From Octopus sinensis (taxonomy: Eukaryota): DNA of 64,000 bases. Of this stretch, positions 38,766 to 50,291 are shown one piece after another (position 1 is the stretch's first letter; each line of letters opens with the position of its first letter). Location of the stretch: NCBI RefSeq assembly GCF_006345805.1, contig NC_043020.1:6076001-6140000 (forward strand), written 5' to 3'. The notes under the pieces are model-generated. The model had not been told where the DNA came from and did not search any database. It saw nothing but the letters and a program-made list of their open reading frames with translations. Position numbers and translations under genes: made by a program.

Positions 38766-39157
38766 GCGTAGGAGTGGCTGTGTGGTAAGTAGCTTGCTAA
38801 CCAACCACATGGTCCCGGGTTCAGTCCCACTGCGTGGCATCTTGGGCAAGTGTCTTCAGCTATAGCCCCGGGCAGACCAATGCCTTGTGAGTGGATTTGG
38901 TAGACGGAAACTGAAAGAAGCCTGTCGTATATATGTATATATATATGTTTGTGTGTCTGCTGTGTTTGTCCCCCTAGCATTGCTTGACAACCGATGCTGG
39001 TGTGTTTACGTCCCCGTCACTTAGCGGTTCGGCAAAAGAGACCGATAGAATAAGTACTGGGCTTACAAAGAATAAGTCCCGATTTGCTCGACTAAAGGCG
39101 GTGCTCCAGCATAGCCGCAGTCAAAATGACTGAAACAAGTAAAAGAGTAAAAGAGTA
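38763..39157 (+). mobile_element. SINE family A
   Basis: Full-length copy. Confidence 0.85.
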
Positions 39158-39235
39158 ATATGGCAATGTTTCGTTTGTAGGCTACTACAAACGAAACATT
39201 GCCTATACATATATATATACGCGCATATATATATA

Positions 39236-39411
39236 TACGAGGGGTGCTGAAAAGTTCCTGGTTTTAAGGATATCATGAAAGGCCTAGTTGGAGACCCAAC
39301 CTTCTGAGTTCTTCTACGGGGCTTAGAAAACCTGGATAAAACCATAATTAACTGATCCTCCAGTATCTTCTTTTATCGAAAAAGCCAGGAACACTTCAGC
39401 ACCCACGTGTA
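39236..39411. mobile_element. Mariner-type MITE
   Basis: Imperfect TIRs tacgaggggtgctgaaaagttcctgg / ccaggaacacttcagcacccacgtgta in TA context. Confidence 0.6.
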
Positions 39412-39718
39412 TATATTTACGTTTATATAACTATGTGTATATATTCTTCTGCATAAATGCGAATGTATGTGGTTGTGTGGGTTTAACAATGAAAAAATAT
39501 AATTTACTAGGAAGAGTAACAACTTCCCCATTTTCTCTATCTCTCTCTATATATTTACCACACTCCGTCTCTCTCTCTCTCTCTTTCTTTCTCTCTCTCT
39601 ATCTCTGTTTTTATTTCTTTCTCTCTCTCTTTCTTTCTCTCTCTCTTTATCTCTCCCTCTCTCTTCTTTCTCTCTCTCTTTCTCTTTCTCTCTCTCTCTA
39701 TATATTTACCACACTCCG

Positions 39719-39751
<33 letters not shown>

Positions 39752-39839
39752 GTATTAACTCATGCATTGCTTTCATTTTGTTTACAACCTCGTTTTCTTA
39801 TGTTTACCTACATTTTTATGGTAAAAACCCTGTCATGCA

Positions 39840-41345
39840 TGAGAAATTATAGAAGTTTTTACTTACCTTCCTCTCTCGCCAACGCCCATCTAGTAGTAAT
39901 CTCTCCAGCGATCCTGCCCTACACCTGCCACCCAGTAAAAGCGGCTGCTACCTGACGAACCCGGGAGCGAATTCCTCGACGTCCGTCCATGACGCCTCAA
40001 GCAGGCAAAAAGACACCCACGTTCACCTCTCTCCTGTAACTTCCCCTCTCGCGCTTCCTCTTCCGGTCAGACCCTTGACCATTGACGTCATGACCCTCTT
40101 CTTCATGCTCATCCCCACACACTCCACTGGTCTCAAAGTTCACCTCCTCATTTCAGTCCATGTCGAAATCTACCAGGTAAAATTACAGATTTTACCATCT
40201 ACCACCCACCCCAGGCAGGCCCCTTGCATATTGCGATCTTCTTAAGCTGGGAACCTCATTCTCTTCCTCTTCTCCACAACCATTATCCAACGAAGATATA
40301 ATGTGGCATTCCATCCATAGAAATGTTGTTTTTGGAATTGTATTCCTCTGTTCCACAGAATTGTGCAGCATACCTATTTCTTTACTACCCACAAGGGGCA
40401 AAACAGAGAGGACAAACAAGGACAGACAAACGGATTAAGTCGATTATATCGACCCCAGTGCATAACTGGTACTTAATTTATCAACCCCGAAAGGATGAAA
40501 GGCAAAGTCGACCTCGGCGGAATTTGAACTCAGAACATAACGGCAGACGAAATACGGCTACGCATTTCGCCCGGCGTGCTAACGATTCTGTCAGCTCGCC
40601 ACCTTCAACACTGTGCCGTTGTCCATCAGCAATTTCGTCCACAGGGTCCCACTCTCAGAATAGTTCATTTAGAGTACGTGCCAGCTCGTCCGCAGTGCCT
40701 GCCCTCAAATCCCTCCAAATGGCCATCCACCCCGGCCCAAAGTCAACCATCGAGAGATACGTCCCCTGATGGTACTGTCACATCCACTGCTAATTGCCTC
40801 CAGTTGTGCTCTACCAAAATGTTTCCCTGCTCATGCACACCTGGAACAGGGTTGATGGATCGACCCCTATCACAGTTCCTGATCACCTTTTCGATGCTCC
40901 GTCTAGTAACATCAGCATCAATCCTCCTGGCAAGATACAGGGTCCTCTCTATGCCCATAGGATGTACGGCATGCAGTCTCCTTAGCTTGGATCATTTAAC
41001 CGACACACCACAGCTACCATTTGCTTCGATTCTTTTGGCTCCCCTAACCCGTTTTTTTTTTACCCTGGTTAGAACTTCTACCTTGTTTCTCTCTGAAGGC
41101 ACAAAGACCATGTTCAGCTTCAGGCTGAACTTGCCAATCAGCTCTCCTAGAACCCCTAGGTGGTGCTTCACTAACATTTCTGAAGCCCCTTCGGTTCGCA
41201 CCCTCTTCTCATCATTGATCATCAATCCTACCCAGCCAAACACGGTGGCCAAATCCGTCTGGATTTCGATGGAGTGCAGCCCCCATTTCAAGGCCAAATT
41301 CACTCCTGTCAGCACTGCATCCAACTCAGTGACATTGATGTGGTT
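39840..41345 (-). mobile_element. Gypsy-like LTR retrotransposon remnant (RNase H, integrase, 3' region)
   Basis: HINVTELDAVLTGVNLALKWG...TDLATVFGW (RNase H); H..H...C integrase Zn region; LAVDVT; DNG; DGMPHY; LRRSQ tail. Stops, deletion and a SINE insert are present. Confidence 0.82.
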
Positions 41346-41359
41346 GTAGTCATCTGCTT

Positions 41360-41850
41360 AATATAATAATAATGAAATTATTGTATACATTGCTCAGGTG
41401 CGCCACAACTTGTCAGAAATTGCATATAAAGCATATGCAGAAATGTACAAATGTCTGGAAAGCGAACAAAGTATGAGTCAGATACATGCTTGTGTGTGTA
41501 TGGAGGGGAGGAAATCAGGTGTAGTGTTTGGGGAATCTCAGGAAGCATGGAAGTTTTGATGGATTCAGTGCTCCGACAACTAACAACTGATGCCGGCAGT
41601 TTGTTCCATGCTTCAGCAACACTTGGAGTGAAAAAATGTTTCCGAAAATCAAGGGAGCTGTGCTGTTTTCTGACTTTGTAAATATGTCCACGGGTGTTAG
41701 ACAGGTGGAGTTTGAAAAGGTGCTCAGAGTTATTGTTCGTAAGATGGTTTATAATTTTGTGGGTGACTGCCAAGTCAGTGAGTCAGGCCACATCCTCCAC
41801 TCCCAACAGCATATTTCTGTTTGTCAATATGTCCTTTCATACACCCACAC
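41360..41850 (-). mobile_element. CR1-type LINE 3' end, second family
   Basis: THKIINHL...SNTRGHIYKVRKQHSSLDFRKHFFTPSVAEAWNKLPASVV. Confidence 0.85.
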
Positions 41851-42099
41851 TCACACACCTACACATGGACTCACCTGATGCAAGGTGAGGGTTAAAAGTT
41901 ATAATTACAAAAAGTTTTGTGTTGCTGCTTAAATCCCAGCAATGGACCATCAGATCATCATTCCATAAAATGTGTTTACAGGGAGAAAAATATTGAAAAT
42001 CATCAATACATGTCAGAGTGACAAAAAAAGCGAGGAAGGTCGTCATGGGTTGTGCTAGAAACAACAGCTAAATCTCCCTTAAGTCACACACACATTTCC

Positions 42100-42512
42100 A
42101 TATTCTTTTATTCTTTTATTTATTTCAGTCATTTGACTGCGGCCATGCTGGAGCAACACCTTTAGTCGAGCAAATCGACCCCAGGACTTATTTTTTGTAA
42201 GCCTAGTGCTTACTCTATCGGTCTCTCTTGCCAAACCGCTAAGTGACTGGGACGTAAACACACCAGCATCGGTTGTCAAGTGATGTTGGGGGGACAAACA
42301 GAGACACACAAACATATACATACATACATACATATATATATATATATCTACGACGGGCTTCTTTCAGTTTCCATCTACCAAATCCACTCACAAGGCTTTG
42401 GTCGGCCCGGGGCTATAGCAGAAGACACTTGCCCAAGATGCCACGCAGTGGGACTGAACCCGGAACCATGTGGTTGGTTAGCAAGCTACTTACCACACAG
42501 CCACTCCTGCGC
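42100..42512 (-). mobile_element. SINE family A
   Basis: Full-length reverse copy. Confidence 0.85.
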
Positions 42513-42841
42513 CGTGTATAAATATAAACTTGTTGCCAGTTCAAACATGCTTGGGGCATATTTGACCCCATAAGAAAGTTAATCACTGTATTTTGTTACG
42601 GTGAGTATTTCTCGCTGTAGGCCTGGTTTATGTTCAAACTGCCTAAATCTGGCCTTTTTAAAATGTCATTCTTAAAATAAACAATCATATCCTTGAAATC
42701 CCAAAGCTATGAGGTTAATGCATGATTAATTCAAAATATTATAAGTAGATAAGCTTTACACTTGACAGAGTAACCTGAATGCCAAAAAAAAACGGTTAAA
42801 CCAGCAATATCCCACCTCAACCTTCTTGTTTTATATTCAAA

Positions 42842-43282
42842 CGCATGGTTCATGGTCTCAAGAATTTGTCTTATGAAGAAAGGCTGAAGGCGCTCGACCT
42901 TTATTCTCTAGAAAAACGCCGCCGCCGTGGTGATCTCATTCTCGCTCACAACATCATAAGCGGAAAGTGTAACCTCTCGAAAGAGCTGTTCTTCACTCCT
43001 GCTCCAGAGCGTCAGCTGCGGGGTCACTCCGAAAAGCTCTATCTGCGACGATTTCATCTCAATCGAAGGAGAGGAGCTTTCTCCGTCCGGGTCGCGGATC
43101 CATGGAATAAGCTGCCAGACGAGATGGTGAAGATTCCAACGACCGCTTTGTTCAAAGTCTCCCTTGACCTCAAGTGGCCTGAACTCTTTACATGAACACC
43201 ACCCTGTACATAACTCCATGTCCCCCTACATGGCCTTGCTTTTTGCTTTTGAGTCAAAAAGTTAACTAACTAACTAACTAAC
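42842..43282 (+). mobile_element. CR1 LINE, 5'-truncated 3' end
   Basis: LSYEERLKALDLYSLEKRRRRGDLI...RGHSEKL...FSVRVADPWNKLP; (TAAC)n tail. Confidence 0.92.
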
Positions 43283-43464
43283 ATACAATGTCATTCTAAA
43301 GATGAATAATCACACCATTGAAATCTTGAAGCTACAAGATAATTCATGATTAATTTAAAACAATGTGAATTAATAAGTATTGAATTTGACAGAGTAATTT
43401 GAATGCTAAAGAGTTAAATTGTATTGGTCCTCATCTGATCGGATTTACTGCTTTTTCTCTGTAG

Positions 43465-43549
43465 AGAAGGTGTATTTGAATTAATGAAGATCCTCATTAG
43501 TGTGTTGTCAAGGCAACCGGCCCCTATCAGAAAGAAGAACCAATCACAG
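43465..43549 (+). CDS. C12orf56: C12orf56-like exon f
   Basis: Acceptor ctttttctctgtag|, donor cacag|gtaagt; 85 nt, phase 2 to 0. KEGVFELMKILISVLSRQP resembles human KKGALFNLLVILISEPQ. Confidence 0.85.
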
Positions 43550-44014
43550 GTAAGTCTAATAAACTAACAACCAATTGTTAAATTAAGAACAGGTGTCCCT
43601 CCTACCAAATTTCTGGCCGAGGCAGAGAAAATACCTTGTGGTATTTATTCTGGCACCTTGTGCTCTGCTTTCGAATCCTACTGAAGATAGCATTTCCTTT
43701 AATCATTCTGGGGTCAATAAATATTGTACGTGTCTCGTGTGGTGGGATGCACAGAAATGTTACACACAACCCAGCTTCCCTTCTTGTCCTTTTCATCACG
43801 GTCATCACCTGATACCTTTTACTCTTTTACTTGTTTCAGTCATTTGACTGCGGCCATGCTGGGGCATCGCCTTTTATCAAGCAAATTAACGCCAGGACTC
43901 ATTCTTTGTAAGCCCAGTACTTATTCTATCAGTCTCTTTTGCCGAACTGCTAGGTGACGGGGACGTAAACGTACCAGCATTGGTTGTCAAGCAATGTTGG
44001 GGGGACAAACACAT

Positions 44015-44220
44015 GTGAACATGTATCGTTGGCGATTTTTTTTTTCCTCCGTCTTCTCTTCCTTGGATCTTTTTCTATGTTTCTGACGAAGAGCTTTGCT
44101 TGAAGCGTTAAATCCTACTTCTTTCTTTCCTTTCCTGAGGGTCCAATAATACTATATTTGTTCCACGTCCTCACTTTGTTGTGTTTTCTCTTTGTGTTTT
44201 CATGTTTGGATTAACTTTAT
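44015..44220 (+). mobile_element. Penelope-like fragment with decayed hammerhead, inside a SINE
   Basis: ttt CTGACGA a gagc ttt gctt gaag cg tt aaa at 44080-44112; splits a family-A SINE at its central microsatellite. Confidence 0.45.
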
Positions 44221-45129
44221 ATATATATACATATATACGACAGGCTTCTTTTCAGTTTCCGTCTACCAAATCCACTCACAAGGCTTTGGTCAGCCCGAGG
44301 CTATAGTAGAAGACACTTGCCCAAGGTGCCACGTAGTGGGACTGAACCCGGAACCATGTGGTTCATAAGTAAGCTACTTACCACACAGCCATTCCTGTGC
44401 GAACTTTGTTTCAATTAATTTTGAAAATAATGAAGAATTTAGTAAAATCTCTTTCGTCATTATGGAACTGGTGTCTGGAGTAGAAATTAGCATGAATTTT
44501 TGATAGAAGGTTTAAATTTAGATCACTTGGAAATGGTAAGTTTTTATCATAGAACCAAGAACAGTCTCAGGCGGGTTCGTATCAAAAAGGTTAAGATAGT
44601 CTGCTTTCAACAGGGTCTTAAAGACTCCGCTGGTTACGACGACGAGGATCCCAGCTGATACGATCACCGGAACAGCTTGCTCGTGAAATTAACGTGCAAA
44701 TGGCTGAGCATTCCACCGACACGTGTACCCTTAACGTAGTTCTCGGGGATAATCAGCGAGTGACAAGGTTGACCCTTTGAAATACAAGTACAACTCATTT
44801 TTGCCAGCTGAGTGGACTGGAGCAACGTGAAATAAAGTGTCTTGCTCAAGGACACAACGAGTCGCCGGAAATCGAACTCACAACCTTACGATCATGAGCC
44901 AAATGCCCTAACCACTAAGCCACGTGCCCTCACTTCAACAGGGTCTCTGAGACCCGGAATGACATGGTGCGAAACAGCAACTAACGGAGTTTATACATAT
45001 TTCACATTTACCTTCCATGTTACAAAACTACCTTACAATCTCCTCCCCTTATTATTTCATATAATTACTCACAGCCTTATAGTACCCCTCTTCTAATTTA
45101 CATATTCCTTATGGTGTCTGTCGTTTCAG

Positions 45130-45210
45130 TCGGTGAAATCTTCAATCCCAGAGGAATTAACTGAATTAAGCATTGGCGTAATCTTTGAGCTGTTCGTTTG
45201 TGTCCAACAG
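45130..45210 (+). CDS. C12orf56: C12orf56-like exon g
   Basis: Acceptor tctgtcgtttcag|, donor aacag|gtaagt; 81 nt. ELTELSIGVIFELFVCVQQ resembles human EYTNTATALLYEILLVFQQ. Confidence 0.85.
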
Positions 45211-45892
45211 GTAAGTTCTTGTGTGTGAGTTTTTAATAAGTACAGGTGTCAATGTGATCAACTAAACCTTTTAAGGTGGTGCTCCAGCATGGCAACAGCC
45301 CAATGACTAAATCTCTTAACAAAATAAAGGAATATTGAGTGTGTTGCATATGAATGCATTTATATTATCATCATCGTTTAACATCCGTTTTCCGTACTAG
45401 CATGGGTTGGACAGTTCGACTGGGGTTTGGGAAGCCAGGAGGCTGCACCAGGCTCCAGTCTGATCTGGCAGTGTTTCTACAGCTGGATGCCCTTCCTAAC
45501 GCCAACCACTCTGAGAGTGTAGTGGGTGCTTTTTACGTGCCACTGGCACAGGTGCCAGGGGAGTCTGGCAGTGGCCACAATCAGTTGGTGCTTTTTATGT
45601 GCCACCAGCATAGAAGCCAGTCAAGGCGGCGCTGGCATCGGCCACGTTCGGATGGTGCTTTTTATGTGCCACCGGCACAGAAGCCAGTCAAGGCGGCGCT
45701 GGCATATATATAAATATATATACACATATACATGGTGTTATCAATAAGCATCCAGACTGTTGCTATAGTAACGAAGCTAAAGCATGGAGAGTGAAGCCAC
45801 TTGGCACAGATTATAACAAAAGGGAATGTGGTACACCCACAAAATTATTTATTTTTATTTTACAATGTCATACATTTACTCATTCATTTTCA

Positions 45893-46620
45893 TACAGGGT
45901 GACCCAGGAGTCACTCTACCATTTAAAAACTGAATAATTTTTTTTTTTTTCTGAAAGAACGTTTCTGTAAATAACAATGTAACAATTTGAATTTTTTTTG
46001 GTCAAGTTATAAAAGATGATGTCATGTAAATGACCCCTATTTGCCATTTCCCAAGCATACACCCTTTCAAGTGCATTTTCCATGATATGAGTCAGGATGT
46101 CACATCCCAGTGCATGGATTTCTCTTCAAATGTTTTCCCTTCAGCTGCTGGATATTGTGGGGTTTCTTAATGTACACACGATCCTTTTGATAGCCCCACA
46201 GGGAAAAATCTGGTGCATTTTCATACAGGGTGACCCAGAAGTCACTCTACCATTTAAAAACTGAATAATTTTTTTTTTTCTGAAAGAATATTTCTGTAAA
46301 TGACAATGTAACAATTTGAATATTTTTGGTCAAGTTCTCAAAGATGATGTCATGCAAATGACCCCTATTTACCATTTCCCAAGCATACACCCTTTCAAGT
46401 GCATTTTCCATAATACGAGTCAGGGTGTCACATCCCAGTGCATGGATTTCTCTTCAAATGTTTTCCTTCAGCTGCTGGATATTGTGGGGTTTGTTAATTA
46501 ATGTACACACGATCCTTTTGATAGCCCCGCAGGGAAAAATCTGGTGCAGTGAGATCAAGAGAATTAGGAATTAGGTGGCCAGTTGAAATTTTGGGGCCAT
46601 GCTATATTTATCCATACCAA
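45893..46620 (-). mobile_element. Tc1/maT transposon 3' end with a 331-bp tandem duplication
   Basis: TIR tacagggtgacccag at 45893 and 46224; minus strand encodes DFSLWGYQKDRVYIKKPHNIQQLK-like C-terminus twice. Confidence 0.78.
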
Positions 46621-46886
46621 ACTTAATACCTGAGACAAATGTGCCAGTGGCACATAAAAGGCACCATTCGAGTGTGATCGTTACCAGGGTCGCCTTACTG
46701 GCACTTGTGCCCCGTGCTAGTAGGGTGCTAAGAGCACCATCCGAGCGTGATCGTTGCTAGAGCAAAATTGTTTTGAATCTCTTAAATAGCAACACAGATC
46801 CTGGGCCACTAGCCGCAGAAAGCAAGCCAAAACAGATTGGAGTAAGGGACAGCTCTTACCAACCCCAGACAAACTGTCTTACCCAT

Positions 46887-46954
<68 letters not shown>

Positions 46955-47007
46955 ATTGAGCCTCAATTTCCTGACATATGCTGCCATTGCAACCATTGCC
47001 ACTACAC

Positions 47008-47310
47008 ATCACCACCACCACCACCACCACCACCACCACCACCACCACAACCAACACCACCACCACCACCACACCACCACCACACCACCACCACCACAAC
47101 CAACACCACCACCACCACAACCACCACCACCACCACCACCACCACCACTACCACCACCACTACCACCACCACCACAACCACAACCACAACCACCACTACC
47201 ACCACCACCACCACAACCACCACCACCACTACCACAACCACCACCACCACCACCACCACCACAACCACCACCACCACCACCACAACCACCACCACCACCA
47301 CCACCATCAC
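47008..47310. repeat. (CCA)n microsatellite just upstream of exon h
   Basis: Direct reading. Confidence 0.95.
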
Positions 47311-47359
47311 TGCATTTATATTAATTATATCCAATTTGTTTTTTTTTTTTCTTCTGCAG

Positions 47360-47431
47360 AAGTTAGATGGAAGTAAGGAAGACATTTGTACCAGTTGGTT
47401 GGTTGGCGCTGTGGAAGATATTGGGGCTGAG
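47360..47431 (+). CDS. C12orf56: C12orf56-like exon h
   Basis: Acceptor (t)n cttctgcag|, donor gctgag|gtaagt; 72 nt. KLDGSKEDICTSWLVGAVEDIGAE aligns with the human ISWIMSFL segment. Confidence 0.82.
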
Positions 47432-47492
47432 GTAAGTTGTGCCACACCTGGTTGTTTACTTAATGCTGTGGATGTCTATATGAAGTATAGTA

Positions 47493-47725
47493 AAGGCAGC
47501 GAGCTGGCAGAAACGTTAGCACGCTGGGCGAAATGCGTAGCCGTATTTCGTCTGTCGTTACGTTCCGAGTTCAAATTCCGCCGAGGTCGACTTTGCCTTT
47601 CATCCTTTCAGGGTCGATAAATTAAGTACCAGTTACGCACTGGGGTCAATGTAATCGACTTAATCCGTTTGTCTGTCCTTGTTTGTCTTCTCTGTGTTTA
47701 GCCCCTTGTGGGTAGTAAAGAAATA
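47493..47725 (+). mobile_element. SINE family B (also 23733, 23987, 35588, 50590, 55255; minus copy 40368-40612)
   Basis: gcgagctggcagaa.cgttagcac...gagttcaaattccgccgaggtcgactttgcc with a B-box-like gttcaaattcc. Confidence 0.8.
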
Positions 47726-47856
47726 GATATGAAGTATAGTAGTCTGTACCCGCTTGGGATACAACAGTCACCTAGAGCATGGCTGTTCCACGAGCTACAA
47801 GTTGATGATGAGGACAGACAAGTGGAAGTGGTGGCAGAGAGAGACAGACAGACAGA

Positions 47857-47892
<36 letters not shown>

Positions 47893-47917
47893 TAGATAGG
47901 TAGATTGACAGATAGAA

Positions 47918-47994
<77 letters not shown>

Positions 47995-48220
47995 AGATAA
48001 GAAAATGGAGAATACATCGAAATCAAATATCAATTACCAGATAATACTCAATCACATACTTTATAAAACCACCACATAAGAGACTGTAGGGTTAAACATA
48101 AAAAGGCAGAACAAATCAGTGTACATAAAGGAATGTACATAAAAAAGTGTATATAAAAGAGTAATGTTGTATATTAAGTAGAATATATATAAAAAAGAGA
48201 ATATAAATATAAGTATAGAT

Positions 48221-48353
48221 TACATCTTACAGCTGTTTCGGCCATGTAGATAAGTATGTCTCATTTTACCAATATTAGCCTTTTATGGTAGGTCAATATA
48301 TAGATATAAATGAGACATTTACAAAAATATCATAAGGCCTCTTCGGAGATATA
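48221..48353 (-). ncRNA. Type I hammerhead ribozyme motif, U4C core variant, extended stem II
   Basis: Minus strand: tatatct CCGAAGA ggcc ... ggcc GAAA cagctg TA agatgta; 7-bp stem I; 11-bp inner helix atgtctcattt/aaatgagacat in loop 2. Confidence 0.6.
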
Positions 48354-48494
48354 CATATACATATGAGTGCATATACTCATAAATATATATATATACTCAG
48401 TGATATTCAGTTTACCTACCATCGTAAATAATACCAAATGTTCTTTCTCAAACCTTTCATAATGTGATACGAGTGTTTGGTGTAGCAATTGCAT

Positions 48495-48587
48495 GCGGCT
48501 GAAGAGGGCTTTTGAACTATCTGTTATGTCGATTATACATTGATGTAAGAATAAGTTGTTTTATAAAGCTCGAAACATGTGTACCGC
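48495..48587 (+). ncRNA. Type I hammerhead ribozyme motif, intact core, long loop 2
   Basis: Stem I gcgg/ccgc; CTGAAGA 48499-48505; stem II gggcttt/aaagctc (7 bp, one G-U); GAAA 48572-48575; short stem III; GTA cleavage triplet 48581-48583. Confidence 0.65.
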
Positions 48588-48679
48588 GACATCCTTTGTG
48601 TCCTGTTTTTTTATTTTATTTCATTTGATACATATATATATATAGATAGATAGATAGATAGATAGACCAACCAACTGAC

Positions 48680-48718
<39 letters not shown>

Positions 48719-48719
48719 C

Positions 48720-48812
<93 letters not shown>

Positions 48813-50291
48813 GGCAAGCAGGCAGATAGATAGAGACAGAGAGGGGCAAACTAATAGGCAGACAGACAGGCTGAAAGTCAGACAAACTGACAGACATTCA
48901 CACAGACAGACAGACAGATTGGTAGATGAATTTGGTTTACATTTTACCCAGTTCAAGGTCAGCTTTGTTCATTGCTTACCTGTGTGACTGGTTCACTAAT
49001 TCATCAGGTCCCACTGTCAGGTTGTTTCAGTGTTCAGTTATGCCATTGTTTCACAAAGTAACTCATTTATCGTGTTATGCTGATTTACTGTTTGATTATG
49101 CGGTTTGTTTGCACTCACTTGATGTCTGCTCAGTCAGGATTACTCTGAGGCTAAAACAGGACAACAACTGTGGAATGAAATTTCCCCTCTCCCACGTAAG
49201 AAGCACCCCCAGCACACTCTGTAAAGGGGTTGGCATGTTAGGTAGGGCATCCAGCCTTTAGAAACCATGTGAAATCAGACTGGGGCCTTGTGCGGCTCCC
49301 CAGCTTGCCAGCCCTGGTCAAACCGTCCGACCCATGCCAGCATGGACTACGGACATTAAATAACGATGATGCTGATGAGGATGATGATAATGATGTTGAT
49401 GATGACGATGATACCAGAGAGCATGTGGTGGCCTGCAGAGTGTGGGTAGAGAGAGACAACGAAGAGCATGTCGTTATCGTTGGGTAGGAAGCACAAGGCG
49501 AAGTGGCATGGTCCTGGCTGCATGAGCAAAGGCATGGAGGGACACAGCAGCGACGATGGCTAGGCGAGGGCGAGGAAGAAACTGAACATGCGAGAGTGAG
49601 AGGACAAACGAACGGAACGGCAGCTGCCAGCGGACAAGCGAGGAGGCTGCCGGTGCGCATGGCATAGGATGATGACAACAGCATGGGCGAGGGCACTCAT
49701 GTGCAGGCAACGGAAATTTGGACATTAAATAATTGTGGTGTTAGTGGTTGTTATGGGCTGTGATAAGCTATGTGGTGTTGGTGGAGGGGATTGCAGATGA
49801 GGTAGACGGAAGTAAAGACTGCAGGGGACCTGTGGCACAGTCACAGGGCATGTGTGGGCAGGAAGCATATCGTGGGGTCAGTTCGAGCAGAGACGGCAGC
49901 GAGCAAAGACATGTTCGTTTCTTGAGAGTGACCGCTCATTCCACTGAGGTCAACAGGTAAGGCCTTCAGTATTTCTTTCTCCTGTTTGCTTCTATTTCTG
50001 TTGTCCTTTTCCTTCATCACACTACAATAATGATGATGCTGATGATGATGCTGATGATGATGCTGATGATGATGTTGATGATGATGTTAATGATGATGTT
50101 GATGATGATGATGTTGATGATGATGCTGATGATGATGTTGATGATGATGTTGATGATGATGATGATGATGATGATGTTGACGACAATTCCAACACAAATT
50201 ATATCACTATCAGCTGACATTACATAACTAATTAATATGATGTCAAGGGTAATTACGTAATTATGACCAATGCATGGTTTTCTGTTTTCAG

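Noticed and set aside
41950-42070. Possible extra C12orf56 exon (tgtttacag|ggagaaaa...)
   Set aside because: The phase-2 reading required after exon e stops at TGA; exons e and f already join cleanly.
49420-49960. GC-rich segment as a host exon
   Set aside because: Stops in all plausible frames and not needed for exon phase continuity; probably an old retroelement fragment, family not determined.
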